Of a DNA stretch of 64,000 nt, positions 1 through 9,497 are shown one piece after another. This stretch comes from an uncultured candidatus Porisulfidus sp. (GTDB taxonomy: Bacteria; Pseudomonadota; Gammaproteobacteria; Poriferisulfidales; Oxydemutatoraceae): contig OZ241323.1 in NCBI GenBank assembly GCA_965199685.1, positions 801,940 to 865,939 of the forward strand, written 5' to 3'. A program made the position numbers and the translations under genes. Below the pieces are notes generated by a model that had not been told where the DNA came from, ran no database searches, and saw nothing but the letters and a program-made list of their open reading frames with translations. Position 1 is the first letter of the stretch, and every line of letters starts with the position of its first letter.

Positions 1-199
1 ATTAGACCTAGCACCCATTGCATATACTTAAGCTAATCTTTACCTTTGCTATCTCTGCCTTAAATTCACTCTTTAGCGTAACTATCTGCCTTAGTTGCCA
101 CTTCCTTTGAACCCGCAACATCGGCAACGGCTCACTTGGCTTCGTCTGCACACCTAATTTGGTTAGGGAATTATATAGGTAACTTGACAAGCTAATGAC

Positions 200-470
200 T
201 ATGGGACTGTTGAAAAAGTACCGACGTTGCACAAACCCAGCCGCTTTCGCCATTGAATTTACGAAAACGGTAGAGGCAGAATAGAACCGCCGATTATCGC
301 CGAGTGAAACCGCTACTTGAGCCAGTAGGTCAATCGGCGTGACATTGTACAGAGCCATAAATTGTACAGAGCCATAACATGACTGCTAAATGTATACATT
401 TAAAAATGCATAGGCCTGCCACCCCTCCAAAGGAGAGGAATGGACTAGCACTGTACTTGCAGGATATTAA
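200..470. repeat. Composite MITE-like intergenic repeat (ctgttgaaaaagta, ccattgaatttacgaaaacggtag, gccgatt..tcaatcggc hairpin and cccctccaaaggagagg hairpin modules); contains a 16-bp direct duplication attgtacagagccataa at 347-378
   Basis: Same modules recur at 10 or more other loci in the window; ORF 8..358 (-) lies inside it and is judged spurious. Confidence 0.7.
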
Positions 471-564
471 TGGTTTGTGCAACATAATCATGGCTACTGA
501 TAAATTAAATGGTTGGACGCATTATAATAGTCTCTTGCCAATGTGAAAGATGCAAGCATAAACC

Positions 565-1215
565 GTGAATTATAAAAATGTTATCTTAAGACACCAAGCG
601 ATACCGCGCTTCATTGAGACATATATTGCCGGAGTAGATGAAGCGGGACGTGGTGCTTTGGCGGGACCAGTGGTTGCCGCTGCGGTTATTTTGGATTCCA
701 AACAAACTATAGAAGGTTGTGTAGACTCCAAAAAATTATCGCCGGTTCGTCGCGCGCATCTAGCCGATAAAATAAAAGAGGTTGCGTGTGCTTGGGCTAT
801 AGGCAGTGCCGATAGCGATGAAATAGATCGCATAAACATACTCAACGCAACGCTACTGGCAATGCAAAGAGCGATTGAAGGTTTAGATCCTAAACCGCAG
901 CGCGTATTGATTGACGGCAACCGCTGCCCACAAAGTGATATTCCGTGCAATGCGATTATTGCCGGAGACGACCGAATGTTGTGTATTGCAGCAGCTTCTA
1001 TTTTGGCTAAAACGACGCGGGATCGGCAAATGCGAATGTTGGCGGATAGATATCCGTCGTATCATTTTGCTGAACACAAGGGCTATGCAACCCGTAAGCA
1101 CAAGCTGGCACTGACAAACCACGGCAGTTGCGCCTTGCATAGAATGAGTTGGGTTAAAGTGCGCGAAGCGATTGCTCAAGTGTCGCTACCTTTAGACCAG
1201 AGAGACGAATTGTAG
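565..1215 (+). CDS. rnhB: Ribonuclease HII
   Basis: AGVDEAGRGALAGPVVAAAVILD motif; length 216 aa; upstream of dnaE as in E. coli. Confidence 0.9.
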   Translation: MNYKNVILRHQAIPRFIETYIAGVDEAGRGALAGPVVAAAVILDSKQTIEGCVDSKKLSPVRRAHLADKIKEVACAWAIGSADSDEIDRINILNATLLAMQRAIEGLDPKPQRVLIDGNRCPQSDIPCNAIIAGDDRMLCIAAASILAKTTRDRQMRMLADRYPSYHFAEHKGYATRKHKLALTNHGSCALHRMSWVKVREAIAQVSLPLDQRDEL

Positions 1216-1240
1216 ATAGACAGAAAACATCGGATACAAC

Positions 1241-4200
1241 ATGAACCAGTTTGTACATTTACATTTGCACACCGAATACTCTATTCAAGATAGTGTATTG
1301 CGTATACCTGCGCTTTTTGAAAAAGCCAAAGCCATGCAATTCCCGGCGGTTGCAATAAGCGATGTCAATAATCTTTTTGCAGTAATCAAGTTTTATACCC
1401 AGGCACTAGAACATGGGATAAAGCCGATTATTGGCTGCGAATTATCTATACACGCAGATGCCATTGCACCTGCCGGCGATCAATGCGTTGTTTTATGTCT
1501 GAATGAACGAGGTTACCGCAATCTAACACGCTTGGTTTCAACCGCTTATCTAGAAAATCATCAAGACGCAGAGGTCGCAGTGAGGCGTGAGGATTTAGAA
1601 CATTACAACGAAGGTTTATTGGTACTCTCAGGTGCATTACGAGGTGCGCTCGCACGGGCGTTATTGCAAGACGAATCGCCACAAGTGGATCGGTTAGTGG
1701 AGTTTTGGACTTCGGTATTCAAGGATCGTTTTTATGTAGAGATCCAATATACCCAGAGAGAAAACGAGAGCGATTATGTAGCAAAAGCGATTAAGTTGGC
1801 AAGACGGATGGCGTTGCCAGTGGTTGCAAGCAACGATGTATGTTTCCTGAACAAAGAGGATTTTGATTCGCATGAAATTAAGGTTTGTATTGCTGAAGGT
1901 CGTACTCTGAACGATAAACATCGCCAACAAGGTGTATACAGTCCCGAACAATATCTTAAAAGTGCCGACGAGATGATGGCAACATTCAAAGATATACCAA
2001 GTGCGATACGAAACAGTGTAGAAATAGCAAAACGTTGTAGCGTAGAACTTCAATTAGGGCAAACACACTTGCCGTCTTTTCCCATAGAAGCGGATCTTGG
2101 TGTAGAAGATAAGCTAAGACACGATGCCAGTGTGGGTTTGAAGGACTACTTGGATAAAAATAGCGACTTGGATCAAGCCGCATATACCGAACGTTTGGAA
2201 GCAGAACTGAAAGTAATTAGTGAGATGGGTTATGAAGGCTATTTTTTGATCGTTGCTGATTTTATTCTATGGGCCAAGCGCAACGATATTCCAGTCGGTC
2301 CGGGACGAGGTTCGGGAGCAGGGTCTTTGGTTGCTCATGCGTTGGGGATTACTGAGATAGATCCTCTGAAATATGGTTTGTTTTTTGAGCGTTTTCTGAA
2401 TCTTGACCGCATATCGTTGCCGGATTTTGATGTTGATTTTTGTATAGAGGGTCGTGATCGCGTCATCCAATATGTAGTCGAGCGATACGGGCAAGATAAT
2501 GTCGGTCAGATTATTACTTTCGGCAGTCTGGGGGCTAAGGCGGCGATACGCGATGTGACTCGCGTGCTCGGCTATGCCTACGGTTTAGGAGACGATATCG
2601 TCAAACTGATACCGTCGCGTTTGAACATCAAACTAGGCGAAGCACTTATAGAATCTCCTGAGTTAAAAGAACGTTACGATAGTGAGGCAAGGGTCAAAAG
2701 GGTGTTTGATAATGCTCTGAAGATAGAGGGTTTGGTTAGAAATGTCGGCCAACACGCCGGTGGTATAGTCATCGCGCCTGCCCCACTGACCGATTACACT
2801 TCGTTGTATAAAGAAGCCGATCATCAAAATGCCGCAACGCATTTTGATATGAAAGATATAGAAAAAGTGGGCTTGGTGAAGTTTGATTTTCTAGGGCTTA
2901 AAACCTTGACCATTATCAACAAAACTTTGGCAAACCTTGAGCATCGCGGTATTTCGATTCCCGAAATCTCACAAATACCATTGGACGACTCTAAGACCTA
3001 CGACTTATTGAAAAATGCCGAAACGACCGCATTGTTTCAACTGGAATCGGATGGCATGCGTCGCTTAATTAGAAAACTAGAACCCGATCAATTTGAGGAT
3101 ATCGTAGCCCTTGTTGCACTCTATCGTCCCGGTCCATTGAAAGCTGGCATGGGCGACAGTTATGCAAACCGTAAGCACGGTGAGGAATTTGAATACCAGC
3201 ATCCGATATTGAAGCCGATATTGAGTAACAGCTACGGGGTCATTTTGTATCAAGAGCAGGTTATGCAAATTGCACAAGAACTCGCCGGTTATACTCTGGG
3301 CAGAGCTGATATCCTGCGCCGTGCAATGGGTAAGAAAGACCCTGAGGAGATGGCAAGTCAGCGAGCAATTTTTGTAGACGGTGCTATGGCAAACGGTGTG
3401 GCTCGCGGGGTTGCGACTAAACTTTTTGATCTGATAGAACATTTTGCCGGTTATGGATTCAATAAATCACATTCGGTTGCTTATGCACTCGTAGCCTATC
3501 AAACCGCTTGGCTTAAAAGCAATTATAGCGGTGCTTTTATGGCGGCAGTATTAACATTGGATATGTCGGATACCGACAAAATCATAGATTTGTTGAGTGA
3601 GTGCCGCAACTTGGGGTTGACGATAGTGCCGCCCGATATCAACTGCTCGGACTACGAGTTTAGGGAAATAGAAGAAGGGAAGATACTTTACGGCTTGGGT
3701 GCAATACGCCAAGTCGGTTATGAGATGATCAAGGCTATCGTAGACGAACGCAAAGCGCAAGGAGACTATCAATCGTTGGCAGATTTTTGCCGTCGCCTAG
3801 TGCCGAAACTCAGGACTAACATGATTGAACCGCTAATATCGGTCGGTGCCTTTGATAAGATCGAATCTGATAGAGCCTCGGCACTGCAATCTTTGGAAAA
3901 TGTCTATGATCTGGCAGAGAAAACTTTCCGTGATAACGAAACAGGTCAAGCCAGTATCTTTGGCGAGGCGCATACTTCATATACTGCCTCCGAAACACTT
4001 GATAAAGTTACCGGAACTATGACCGAAGCGCAACTATTAGAAAAAGAAAAAAACAGTTTGGGTTTTTATCTGACCGCACATCCTATTTCTCAGTGTAGCG
4101 ACAAGATAAAAAACATCGTTGATTATCAAAGCCTCAGCGACTTCAAGCAATCAATCAGAACATCCAAGCACGACGAAAAAGAAGCGGTTTGGCTTGCTGG

Positions 4201-4774
4201 TACCATGGATAAGGTTGAGCATAGAGTTATTTATAGAAAGTCTTCAAACCAAAAAAATAATAAGTCTGAGCAGCAGAAAGAAAGAAAGGGAAAATCGGCT
4301 GCATTTTTCATGCTCGACGATGGCACTGATAGGCTTAATTTATCACTTTTTGACAACGATTATAAGAACTGTAAAGACCAGCTCTCTTGTAAAGATATCG
4401 TTGTCGTCGGTGTATATAAGGCAGCTTACGATATTCAAAACAACAACGATCGCTGGCGAGCTTCACGGATCATGACGCTTGAGCAAGCTGAGCAATCGTT
4501 TGCTAAGAATCTTAGCATTGTATGGGACACCGGCAGTCTGGGTGACTCATCTCAAAAAGATGGCTTGGTTGATAAATTGCTAGCATCAATGCAACCGTTT
4601 ATGAAACCTTCTGGAGGGTGCAAGGTTTATATAATATTTCGCAACGCCAATGCAGAAACTAAAATGGTGCTATCCGAGGCGTGTAAAGTGGAACCCAGCA
4701 AACAGATGCTTGAAAGTATAAAAAGTATCCCAGGCATTCTAGACCTTAGAATAGAATATAGACCCACTCATTGA
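1241..4774 (+). CDS. dnaE: DNA polymerase III alpha subunit
   Basis: 1177 aa; N-terminal PHP domain (HLHLHTEYS), conserved polymerase core, OB fold. Confidence 0.95.
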   Translation: MNQFVHLHLHTEYSIQDSVLRIPALFEKAKAMQFPAVAISDVNNLFAVIKFYTQALEHGIKPIIGCELSIHADAIAPAGDQCVVLCLNERGYRNLTRLVSTAYLENHQDAEVAVRREDLEHYNEGLLVLSGALRGALARALLQDESPQVDRLVEFWTSVFKDRFYVEIQYTQRENESDYVAKAIKLARRMALPVVASNDVCFLNKEDFDSHEIKVCIAEGRTLNDKHRQQGVYSPEQYLKSADEMMATFKDIPSAIRNSVEIAKRCSVELQLGQTHLPSFPIEADLGVEDKLRHDASVGLKDYLDKNSDLDQAAYTERLEAELKVISEMGYEGYFLIVADFILWAKRNDIPVGPGRGSGAGSLVAHALGITEIDPLKYGLFFERFLNLDRISLPDFDVDFCIEGRDRVIQYVVERYGQDNVGQIITFGSLGAKAAIRDVTRVLGYAYGLGDDIVKLIPSRLNIKLGEALIESPELKERYDSEARVKRVFDNALKIEGLVRNVGQHAGGIVIAPAPLTDYTSLYKEADHQNAATHFDMKDIEKVGLVKFDFLGLKTLTIINKTLANLEHRGISIPEISQIPLDDSKTYDLLKNAETTALFQLESDGMRRLIRKLEPDQFEDIVALVALYRPGPLKAGMGDSYANRKHGEEFEYQHPILKPILSNSYGVILYQEQVMQIAQELAGYTLGRADILRRAMGKKDPEEMASQRAIFVDGAMANGVARGVATKLFDLIEHFAGYGFNKSHSVAYALVAYQTAWLKSNYSGAFMAAVLTLDMSDTDKIIDLLSECRNLGLTIVPPDINCSDYEFREIEEGKILYGLGAIRQVGYEMIKAIVDERKAQGDYQSLADFCRRLVPKLRTNMIEPLISVGAFDKIESDRASALQSLENVYDLAEKTFRDNETGQASIFGEAHTSYTASETLDKVTGTMTEAQLLEKEKNSLGFYLTAHPISQCSDKIKNIVDYQSLSDFKQSIRTSKHDEKEAVWLAGTMDKVEHRVIYRKSSNQKNNKSEQQKERKGKSAAFFMLDDGTDRLNLSLFDNDYKNCKDQLSCKDIVVVGVYKAAYDIQNNNDRWRASRIMTLEQAEQSFAKNLSIVWDTGSLGDSSQKDGLVDKLLASMQPFMKPSGGCKVYIIFRNANAETKMVLSEACKVEPSKQMLESIKSIPGILDLRIEYRPTH

Positions 4775-4809
4775 TATATGAAAGTACGGGTTTGCAATCA
4801 ACGAGCAAT

Positions 4810-4883
4810 GCCGAGGTAGCACAATGGTAGTGCAGCGCACTTGTAATGCGAAGGTTGGAGGTTCAAGTCCTCTCCTCGGCACC
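4810..4883 (+). tRNA. tRNA-Thr (anticodon UGU)
   Basis: Cloverleaf: acceptor GCCGAGG/CCTCGGC, anticodon loop CTTGTAA, T-loop GGTTCAAGTCC; resembles E. coli thrU. Confidence 0.85.
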
Positions 4884-4890
4884 GTGCAAA

Positions 4891-5227
4891 GGCGAGTTGG
4901 TCTATAAGCCGGGTTCTGTTTTGGCAATCATCCATCTGGGATATATGTCGCCATATACCTCTAGCGGTCTACCCGAGAGTCTGCGCGGGCAACGCTTAAC
5001 GCTCTCCTATTCAACCTTGCTCCGAGTGGGGTTTACCTTGCCACCAATGTTACCATCAGTGCGGTGTGCTCTTACCACGCCTTTTCACCCTTACCTCTGA
5101 AACGAGGCGGTATCTTTTCTGTGGCACTTTCCATGGACTCGCATCCTCCAGACGTTATCTGGCACTCTGCCCTGCGGAGCCCGGACTTTCCTCTATGTAT
5201 TGAGCATAGCGACTGCCCGACCAACTC
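4891..5227 (-). ncRNA. rnpB: RNase P RNA (bacterial type A)
   Basis: Reverse complement contains AGGAAAGTCCGGGCTCC (P4), GGTAAGGGTGAAA..GGTAAGAGCACACCGC, ACAGAACCCGGCTTA and a P1 pairing GAGTTGGTC/GACCAACTC. Confidence 0.85.
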
Positions 5228-5239
5228 TGTGTCAGCATA

Positions 5240-5655
5240 ACATATTTGGAGTCTTGTTGAAAAAGTACTGTGATTGCCGAAACGTAACCGCTTGCGCCAT
5301 TGAATTTAAGAAAACGGTAGGGGCGGACTTATATGTCCACCCTACGGTACCGTTCTGTACTACTGCAACCGCCACGCGCTATCAAATTATGGTTTCCATG
5401 AATTAGATGTCGTACGATTTCGTTTGTGCGGGTGCGTTGCGTTTCGGGAGGGCATGTGAGGCTGTTGAAAAAGTATCTGCATTAGTACATTCCCCTCCTT
5501 TGGAGGGGTGGCAGGCGAAGCCTGACGGGGTGGTTGTTAAGGTTCTGAACACTGTTACGCCGATTGACCTACTGGCTCAATCGGCGGTTCTGTTTTTCAA
5601 CAGCTCCATGTTAGCCCTCCTCTACGGTGCCTGAAATACTTTTTCAATAGCCCCA
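5240..5655. repeat. Composite MITE-like repeat cluster; 5461-5629 is a near-complete about 170-bp element with terminal inverted ends gctgttgaaaaagtat ... ttttcaacagc plus internal hairpins
   Basis: About 94% identical to 49315-49482; ORFs 5200..5406 and 5407..5634 lie within it and are judged spurious. Confidence 0.75.
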
Positions 5656-5697
5656 CGCGTCGTGCGTCGGCAGGGTGCGTTGCGAAGGTATTGTAAA

Positions 5698-6189
5698 ATG
5701 AACACCATGACGATAAAAAAAGATATCACCATTATTTCCGGCGGACAAACAGGTGTGGATAGGGCAGCTTTGGATGTTGCATTAGAGTTGGGGATATCCT
5801 GTGGCGGCTGGTGTCCTGAGGGACGGCTAGCCGAAGATGGTGCGATTGCTCAACACTACCCGCTAAAAGAACTTGTCGGAGGAGATTATGTTCAACGCAC
5901 TATGCACAATGTGTTGGACAGCGATGCGACCCTGGTTATCTATTTTGATCAATTGGAAGGCGGCACCGAATTAACGGTTGAATTTTGCAATCAAAAAGCC
6001 AAGCCAGTTTTAGTGATAGATGCAAACGCCGTACAGTTTTCATCGGCAGTTGATAAGATGCTAGACTTTACTCGCCGACATCAACTTGAGATTCTGAATA
6101 TCGCCGGACCTCGTGCCAGCAAACAACCCGCTGCTTACGCATATACCAAAGCATTATTGACCGATTATTTGCAAAAACTCCAGCAATAA
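5698..6189 (+). CDS. SLOG-superfamily protein (putative molybdenum-carrier-like, PF12694-type)
   Basis: ISGGQTGVDRAALDVALELGI..GGWCPEGRLAEDG motif block recalled from MoCo-carrier-like proteins; start chosen at MNTMTIKKD. Confidence 0.5.
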   Translation: MNTMTIKKDITIISGGQTGVDRAALDVALELGISCGGWCPEGRLAEDGAIAQHYPLKELVGGDYVQRTMHNVLDSDATLVIYFDQLEGGTELTVEFCNQKAKPVLVIDANAVQFSSAVDKMLDFTRRHQLEILNIAGPRASKQPAAYAYTKALLTDYLQKLQQ

Positions 6190-6209
6190 AAGCAAAAGAT
6201 ATAGCAAAA

Positions 6210-6515
6210 ATGGATTCGATAAAATTATTGCAACGTCTCAAACGCGAACACGATTACTATAATCGTTTTTTCACATTATCACTGGCTGCCGTTATATGCT
6301 TGATTGGACTTGCTTTTTGGTGGGCGGAGATTCCTTTGTTGGATGAATATAAAGTGATTGTCGGTTTGATAATGATTTTTCTGGCGTTTGTTTTTTATAA
6401 TATCCCTTATCTTGTGTATCGCTTGTTGCGCAGACGCTATCGCAATGACGAAGCGGTGAAGCAGTTGATGGGTAAGCGGTGGTATTTCTATAAAAGCAAT
6501 ATCATGAACCGCTAG
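6210..6515 (+). CDS. Hypothetical small membrane protein
   Basis: 101-aa ORF with two predicted TM helices; no recognisable family. Confidence 0.3.
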   Translation: MDSIKLLQRLKREHDYYNRFFTLSLAAVICLIGLAFWWAEIPLLDEYKVIVGLIMIFLAFVFYNIPYLVYRLLRRRYRNDEAVKQLMGKRWYFYKSNIMNR

Positions 6516-7068
6516 GCTTTCTATATGTAGCAACAACAAAGTAGACGAGAAAAATAATTGCTAGCCAGCCGGCGGTTGCCCAGCCATTATAATAATCGTA
6601 CGGCCCGACCAAGAAATGCCAATCTGATTGTTCGTTGAAATAAGATAATTTTTTATCCACCTTGAGCGTTAATATCCATCCGCTGTGTATGCCTATGCAA
6701 GCCCATACATTTGTGGTCTTTAGGCGCACGATACCTAGCAATACACCAGCTAAAAAAAGACTGAGTGCGGTTGAGAAATAGTTGCCGTCCCAATGCATTG
6801 CGATACTGTCGGCAAGTATCACCGAACCATAATACCAAGGTGCATCGGCGGGTAATTCGCTTCCCTTGATGCGTGCAAAATGTATCACTGCGAAGAACAA
6901 GGCAGTCAATAGTATTGCGGATAGCGGTGCTTTATCTTTTAGAAAACCCTCAAACAAAATCCCTCTGAAAAAAGTTTCCTCTATTAAAGAAACCACAAAG
7001 GCGGCAAGCAATAACGATGCCAACTTAACTGCAAAGGCATCCCATGCAAAGTCCGGTGATAGATTCAA
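6502..7068 (-). CDS. CPBP (CAAX protease/Abi) family intramembrane metalloprotease, catalytic part
   Basis: EETFFRG (motif 1, EExxxR) and downstream His-containing TM helices; it starts at TTG and lacks the N-terminal TM helices. Confidence 0.6.
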   Translation of the reverse strand: MNLSPDFAWDAFAVKLASLLLAAFVVSLIEETFFRGILFEGFLKDKAPLSAILLTALFFAVIHFARIKGSELPADAPWYYGSVILADSIAMHWDGNYFSTALSLFLAGVLLGIVRLKTTNVWACIGIHSGWILTLKVDKKLSYFNEQSDWHFLVGPYDYYNGWATAGWLAIIFLVYFVVATYRKPSGS

Positions 7069-7415
7069 ACCCGAAGATCCAACAAATGGAACAACCCGGT
7101 GACAGGCAACATCATCGCTATGCCTACAATGAAACCGTAGAACAATAATCCGCGTCGTGTTTGGTTCCCGTTTACCGACCAGCCTACGTTCTTATGATCT
7201 AGCAAGCCCTTGAACTTGAGTATTGCGACGATGACCAATAAAATTGCCAGCATCGCCAGCCGTTTCCCGAAATTATCGAAATCAATTAGACCATCGATGC
7301 CTAACAATTTATAGAGTGGTTGCGCGACCAAGCTACTGCCTAGGATTGCAAGCAATACGGAAAATAGAAAAAGCAGAAATAAGCGCATCGAGTCGGTTAT
7401 CGTTGGAATAATCAA
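7065..7415 (-). CDS. N-terminal transmembrane segment of the same CPBP protease (split/frameshifted)
   Basis: 116-aa polytopic ORF ending in a TTGA overlap with the downstream CPBP catalytic ORF. Confidence 0.4.
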   Translation of the reverse strand: MIIPTITDSMRLFLLFLFSVLLAILGSSLVAQPLYKLLGIDGLIDFDNFGKRLAMLAILLVIVAILKFKGLLDHKNVGWSVNGNQTRRGLLFYGFIVGIAMMLPVTGLFHLLDLRV

Positions 7416-7440
7416 TTATAATAAGCTATTTTTAAGCGAT

Positions 7441-7523
7441 GCGGAAGTGGCGAAATTGGTAGACGCGCTGGCTTTAGGTGCCAGTGGGATATTCCCTTGA
7501 GAGTTCGAGTCTCTCCTTCCGCA
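7441..7523 (+). tRNA. tRNA-Leu (anticodon UAG), long variable arm
   Basis: Acceptor GCGGAAG/CTTCCGC, anticodon loop TTTAGGT, T-loop GAGTTCGAGTCTCTC. Confidence 0.85.
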
Positions 7524-7565
7524 TAGTTTTAAGGCTATAATAATCGTTCAAAACATACCAGTTTA

Positions 7566-8852
7566 ATGAATTGTAGAATAGAAGAAATAGATACTTTCGG
7601 GCGCAAACTTTATATTGATATCCCAGCGGCGGATTTTAACGAGCGGGTTAACGCAAAGCTCCGCAAACTCTCTACCACCGCCAATATCAAAGGCTTTAGG
7701 CCGGGTAAAGTACCGCTGGAGATAATCAAGCGTTATTACGGAGAGGAGGTAGAAGACGATGCTATTGCTGCCTTAATACGTGAGAACTATACAAGAGCTG
7801 TGGAGCAACATTCTTTTCATACCATGAGCATTCCTTCCTTTGAAGATGTGGAGGTGGATACCGACAAAGGCATTAAATGCACGGCTTATGTAGAAGTGCT
7901 ACCTGATTTGCAGTTAAATACTTATGAGGATATCACGATTGAAAAGCCTTTTTGCGATATTACTGAGGCGGATGTAGATGCTATGGTGGAACGAGTGCGT
8001 AAGAGTAATCCTAAATGGCAGGTCAAAGACGGACCGGCATGCGTTGACGACAGGGTTACTATTGATATGAGCCGAGCAGGAACCGACAAGGAACCAATTT
8101 TTGACGATAAAAGCTATGTCTTAGGTTCAGAGCCATTGGGCAAGTATCTTGATACACAGATTGAAAATATGCGTGCCGGTGAAGAGAAGGAAATTAGTTT
8201 TAAGGAGCACACTAGTGAAGAACCTGTGGACTCGGATAGAGTAGAGCGATATACCGTGCATTTGAAGTTGGTAGAGAAACCAATTTTGCCTGAACTGGAC
8301 GACGATTTTTTCAAAGTGTGCGGCATCAAAGAGGGTGGGTTGGATGCTTTGCGTAGCTCGTTGCTTGAAGGCATGGAGGCGGAAGCGAAAAGAAAAATCT
8401 CGCAATTATATTGCACCAATATAGAAAATGTAATGCTGACTCACGCTAACATAAAAGCACCTCCAGCGATTTTGAAGGAGGAAATTGAAAAAATCAAGAA
8501 GCGCTTGGTTGATGATGGTATGAGTTATTCCGACAGAGGTATATCCGATGAGTTACTCGAAAAAACTGGCAAACGTCAAGTTTGTTTGAATATCCTGTTT
8601 ACTTACATTAATAAAAAAAATAACTTCAAGGCCGATCGTAACGCATGCGAAGCTAAAATTGACCAATTAGCACAAGATTATAAGGAGCCTGAGCGTATAA
8701 GAAGCCACTACCGTAGCAATGCAAATGCCTACCGCCAAATTGAAGATATGGTGGTTCAAGACAAAATCATAGATTATGTAGCCAAAGAAGCAAGAACAAG
8801 CGAGAAAAAATACTCGTTTTACGAGCTTATGGGTATGGAACAAACACAATAG
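7566..8852 (+). CDS. tig: Trigger factor
   Basis: 428 aa; GFRPGKVP motif; co-linear with E. coli Tig. Confidence 0.9.
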   Translation: MNCRIEEIDTFGRKLYIDIPAADFNERVNAKLRKLSTTANIKGFRPGKVPLEIIKRYYGEEVEDDAIAALIRENYTRAVEQHSFHTMSIPSFEDVEVDTDKGIKCTAYVEVLPDLQLNTYEDITIEKPFCDITEADVDAMVERVRKSNPKWQVKDGPACVDDRVTIDMSRAGTDKEPIFDDKSYVLGSEPLGKYLDTQIENMRAGEEKEISFKEHTSEEPVDSDRVERYTVHLKLVEKPILPELDDDFFKVCGIKEGGLDALRSSLLEGMEAEAKRKISQLYCTNIENVMLTHANIKAPPAILKEEIEKIKKRLVDDGMSYSDRGISDELLEKTGKRQVCLNILFTYINKKNNFKADRNACEAKIDQLAQDYKEPERIRSHYRSNANAYRQIEDMVVQDKIIDYVAKEARTSEKKYSFYELMGMEQTQ

Positions 8853-8862
8853 GAGTTAACTT

Positions 8863-9480
8863 ATGAACCAACTTGAGGAAACCGCATTGAATTTAGTGCC
8901 TATCGTAGTAGAAAAAAGCGCACGCGGTGAGCGATCTTACGATATCTATTCGCGATTGCTCAAAGAGCGTGTGATTTTTGTCGTCGGTGCTATTAACGAT
9001 CATATGGCGAACTTAATCATTGCCCAAATTCTGTTTTTGGAATCCGAAAACTCGGATAAGGAAATCTCTCTTTATATCAACTCGCCGGGTGGTTCGGTGA
9101 GCGCAGGGCTTGCAATCTACGACACGATGCAATTTACACGACCCGAGATCAGCACATTATGCGTGGGACAAGCGGCGAGTATGGGGGCGGTTCTATTGGC
9201 GGGCGGCACGCACGGCAAACGTCATTTGCTGCCACATTCCAAAGTAATGATTCATCAACCGATGGGAGCTTTTCAAGGTCAAGCCACTGACATAGATATA
9301 CATGCTAAAGAAATCATCAAAACACGAGAGAAACTAAATCAGTTGCTAAGTAAGCATACCAAACAAACCATAGCCAAGATCCGCCGAGATACTGAGCGCG
9401 ACAATTTTATGGACGCAGAAGAAGCACTTGCATACGGTATCGTAGATAAAATACTCAAGCATCGAGATACCAAACCCTAA
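8863..9480 (+). CDS. clpP: ATP-dependent Clp protease proteolytic subunit
   Basis: High identity to E. coli ClpP ([28 protein letters not shown]). Confidence 0.95.
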   Translation: MNQLEETALNLVPIVVEKSARGERSYDIYSRLLKERVIFVVGAINDHMANLIIAQILFLESENSDKEISLYINSPGGSVSAGLAIYDTMQFTRPEISTLCVGQAASMGAVLLAGGTHGKRHLLPHSKVMIHQPMGAFQGQATDIDIHAKEIIKTREKLNQLLSKHTKQTIAKIRRDTERDNFMDAEEALAYGIVDKILKHRDTKP

Positions 9481-9497
9481 AAGTTCCACATTACTAT

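Noticed and set aside
1446-4475. Numerous antisense or alternative-frame ORFs inside dnaE (and likewise inside lon, ppiD, tkt, guaA)
   Set aside because: They sit within long, well-supported genes and show no conservation signal or family match. They are typical shadow ORFs.
4739-5100. ORFs 4739..4927 (-) and 4846..5100 (+) from the six-frame track
   Set aside because: They lie entirely inside tRNA-Thr and RNase P RNA, so they are not coding.
5200-5634. ORFs 5200..5406 and 5407..5634; similarly 8..358, 19221..19652, 26841..27032 and 27185..27496
   Set aside because: They are translations of MITE-like repeats. The same peptide fragments (for example VTPIDLLAQSAVLFFNS) recur in different frames and orientations, and no RBS or family signal is present.
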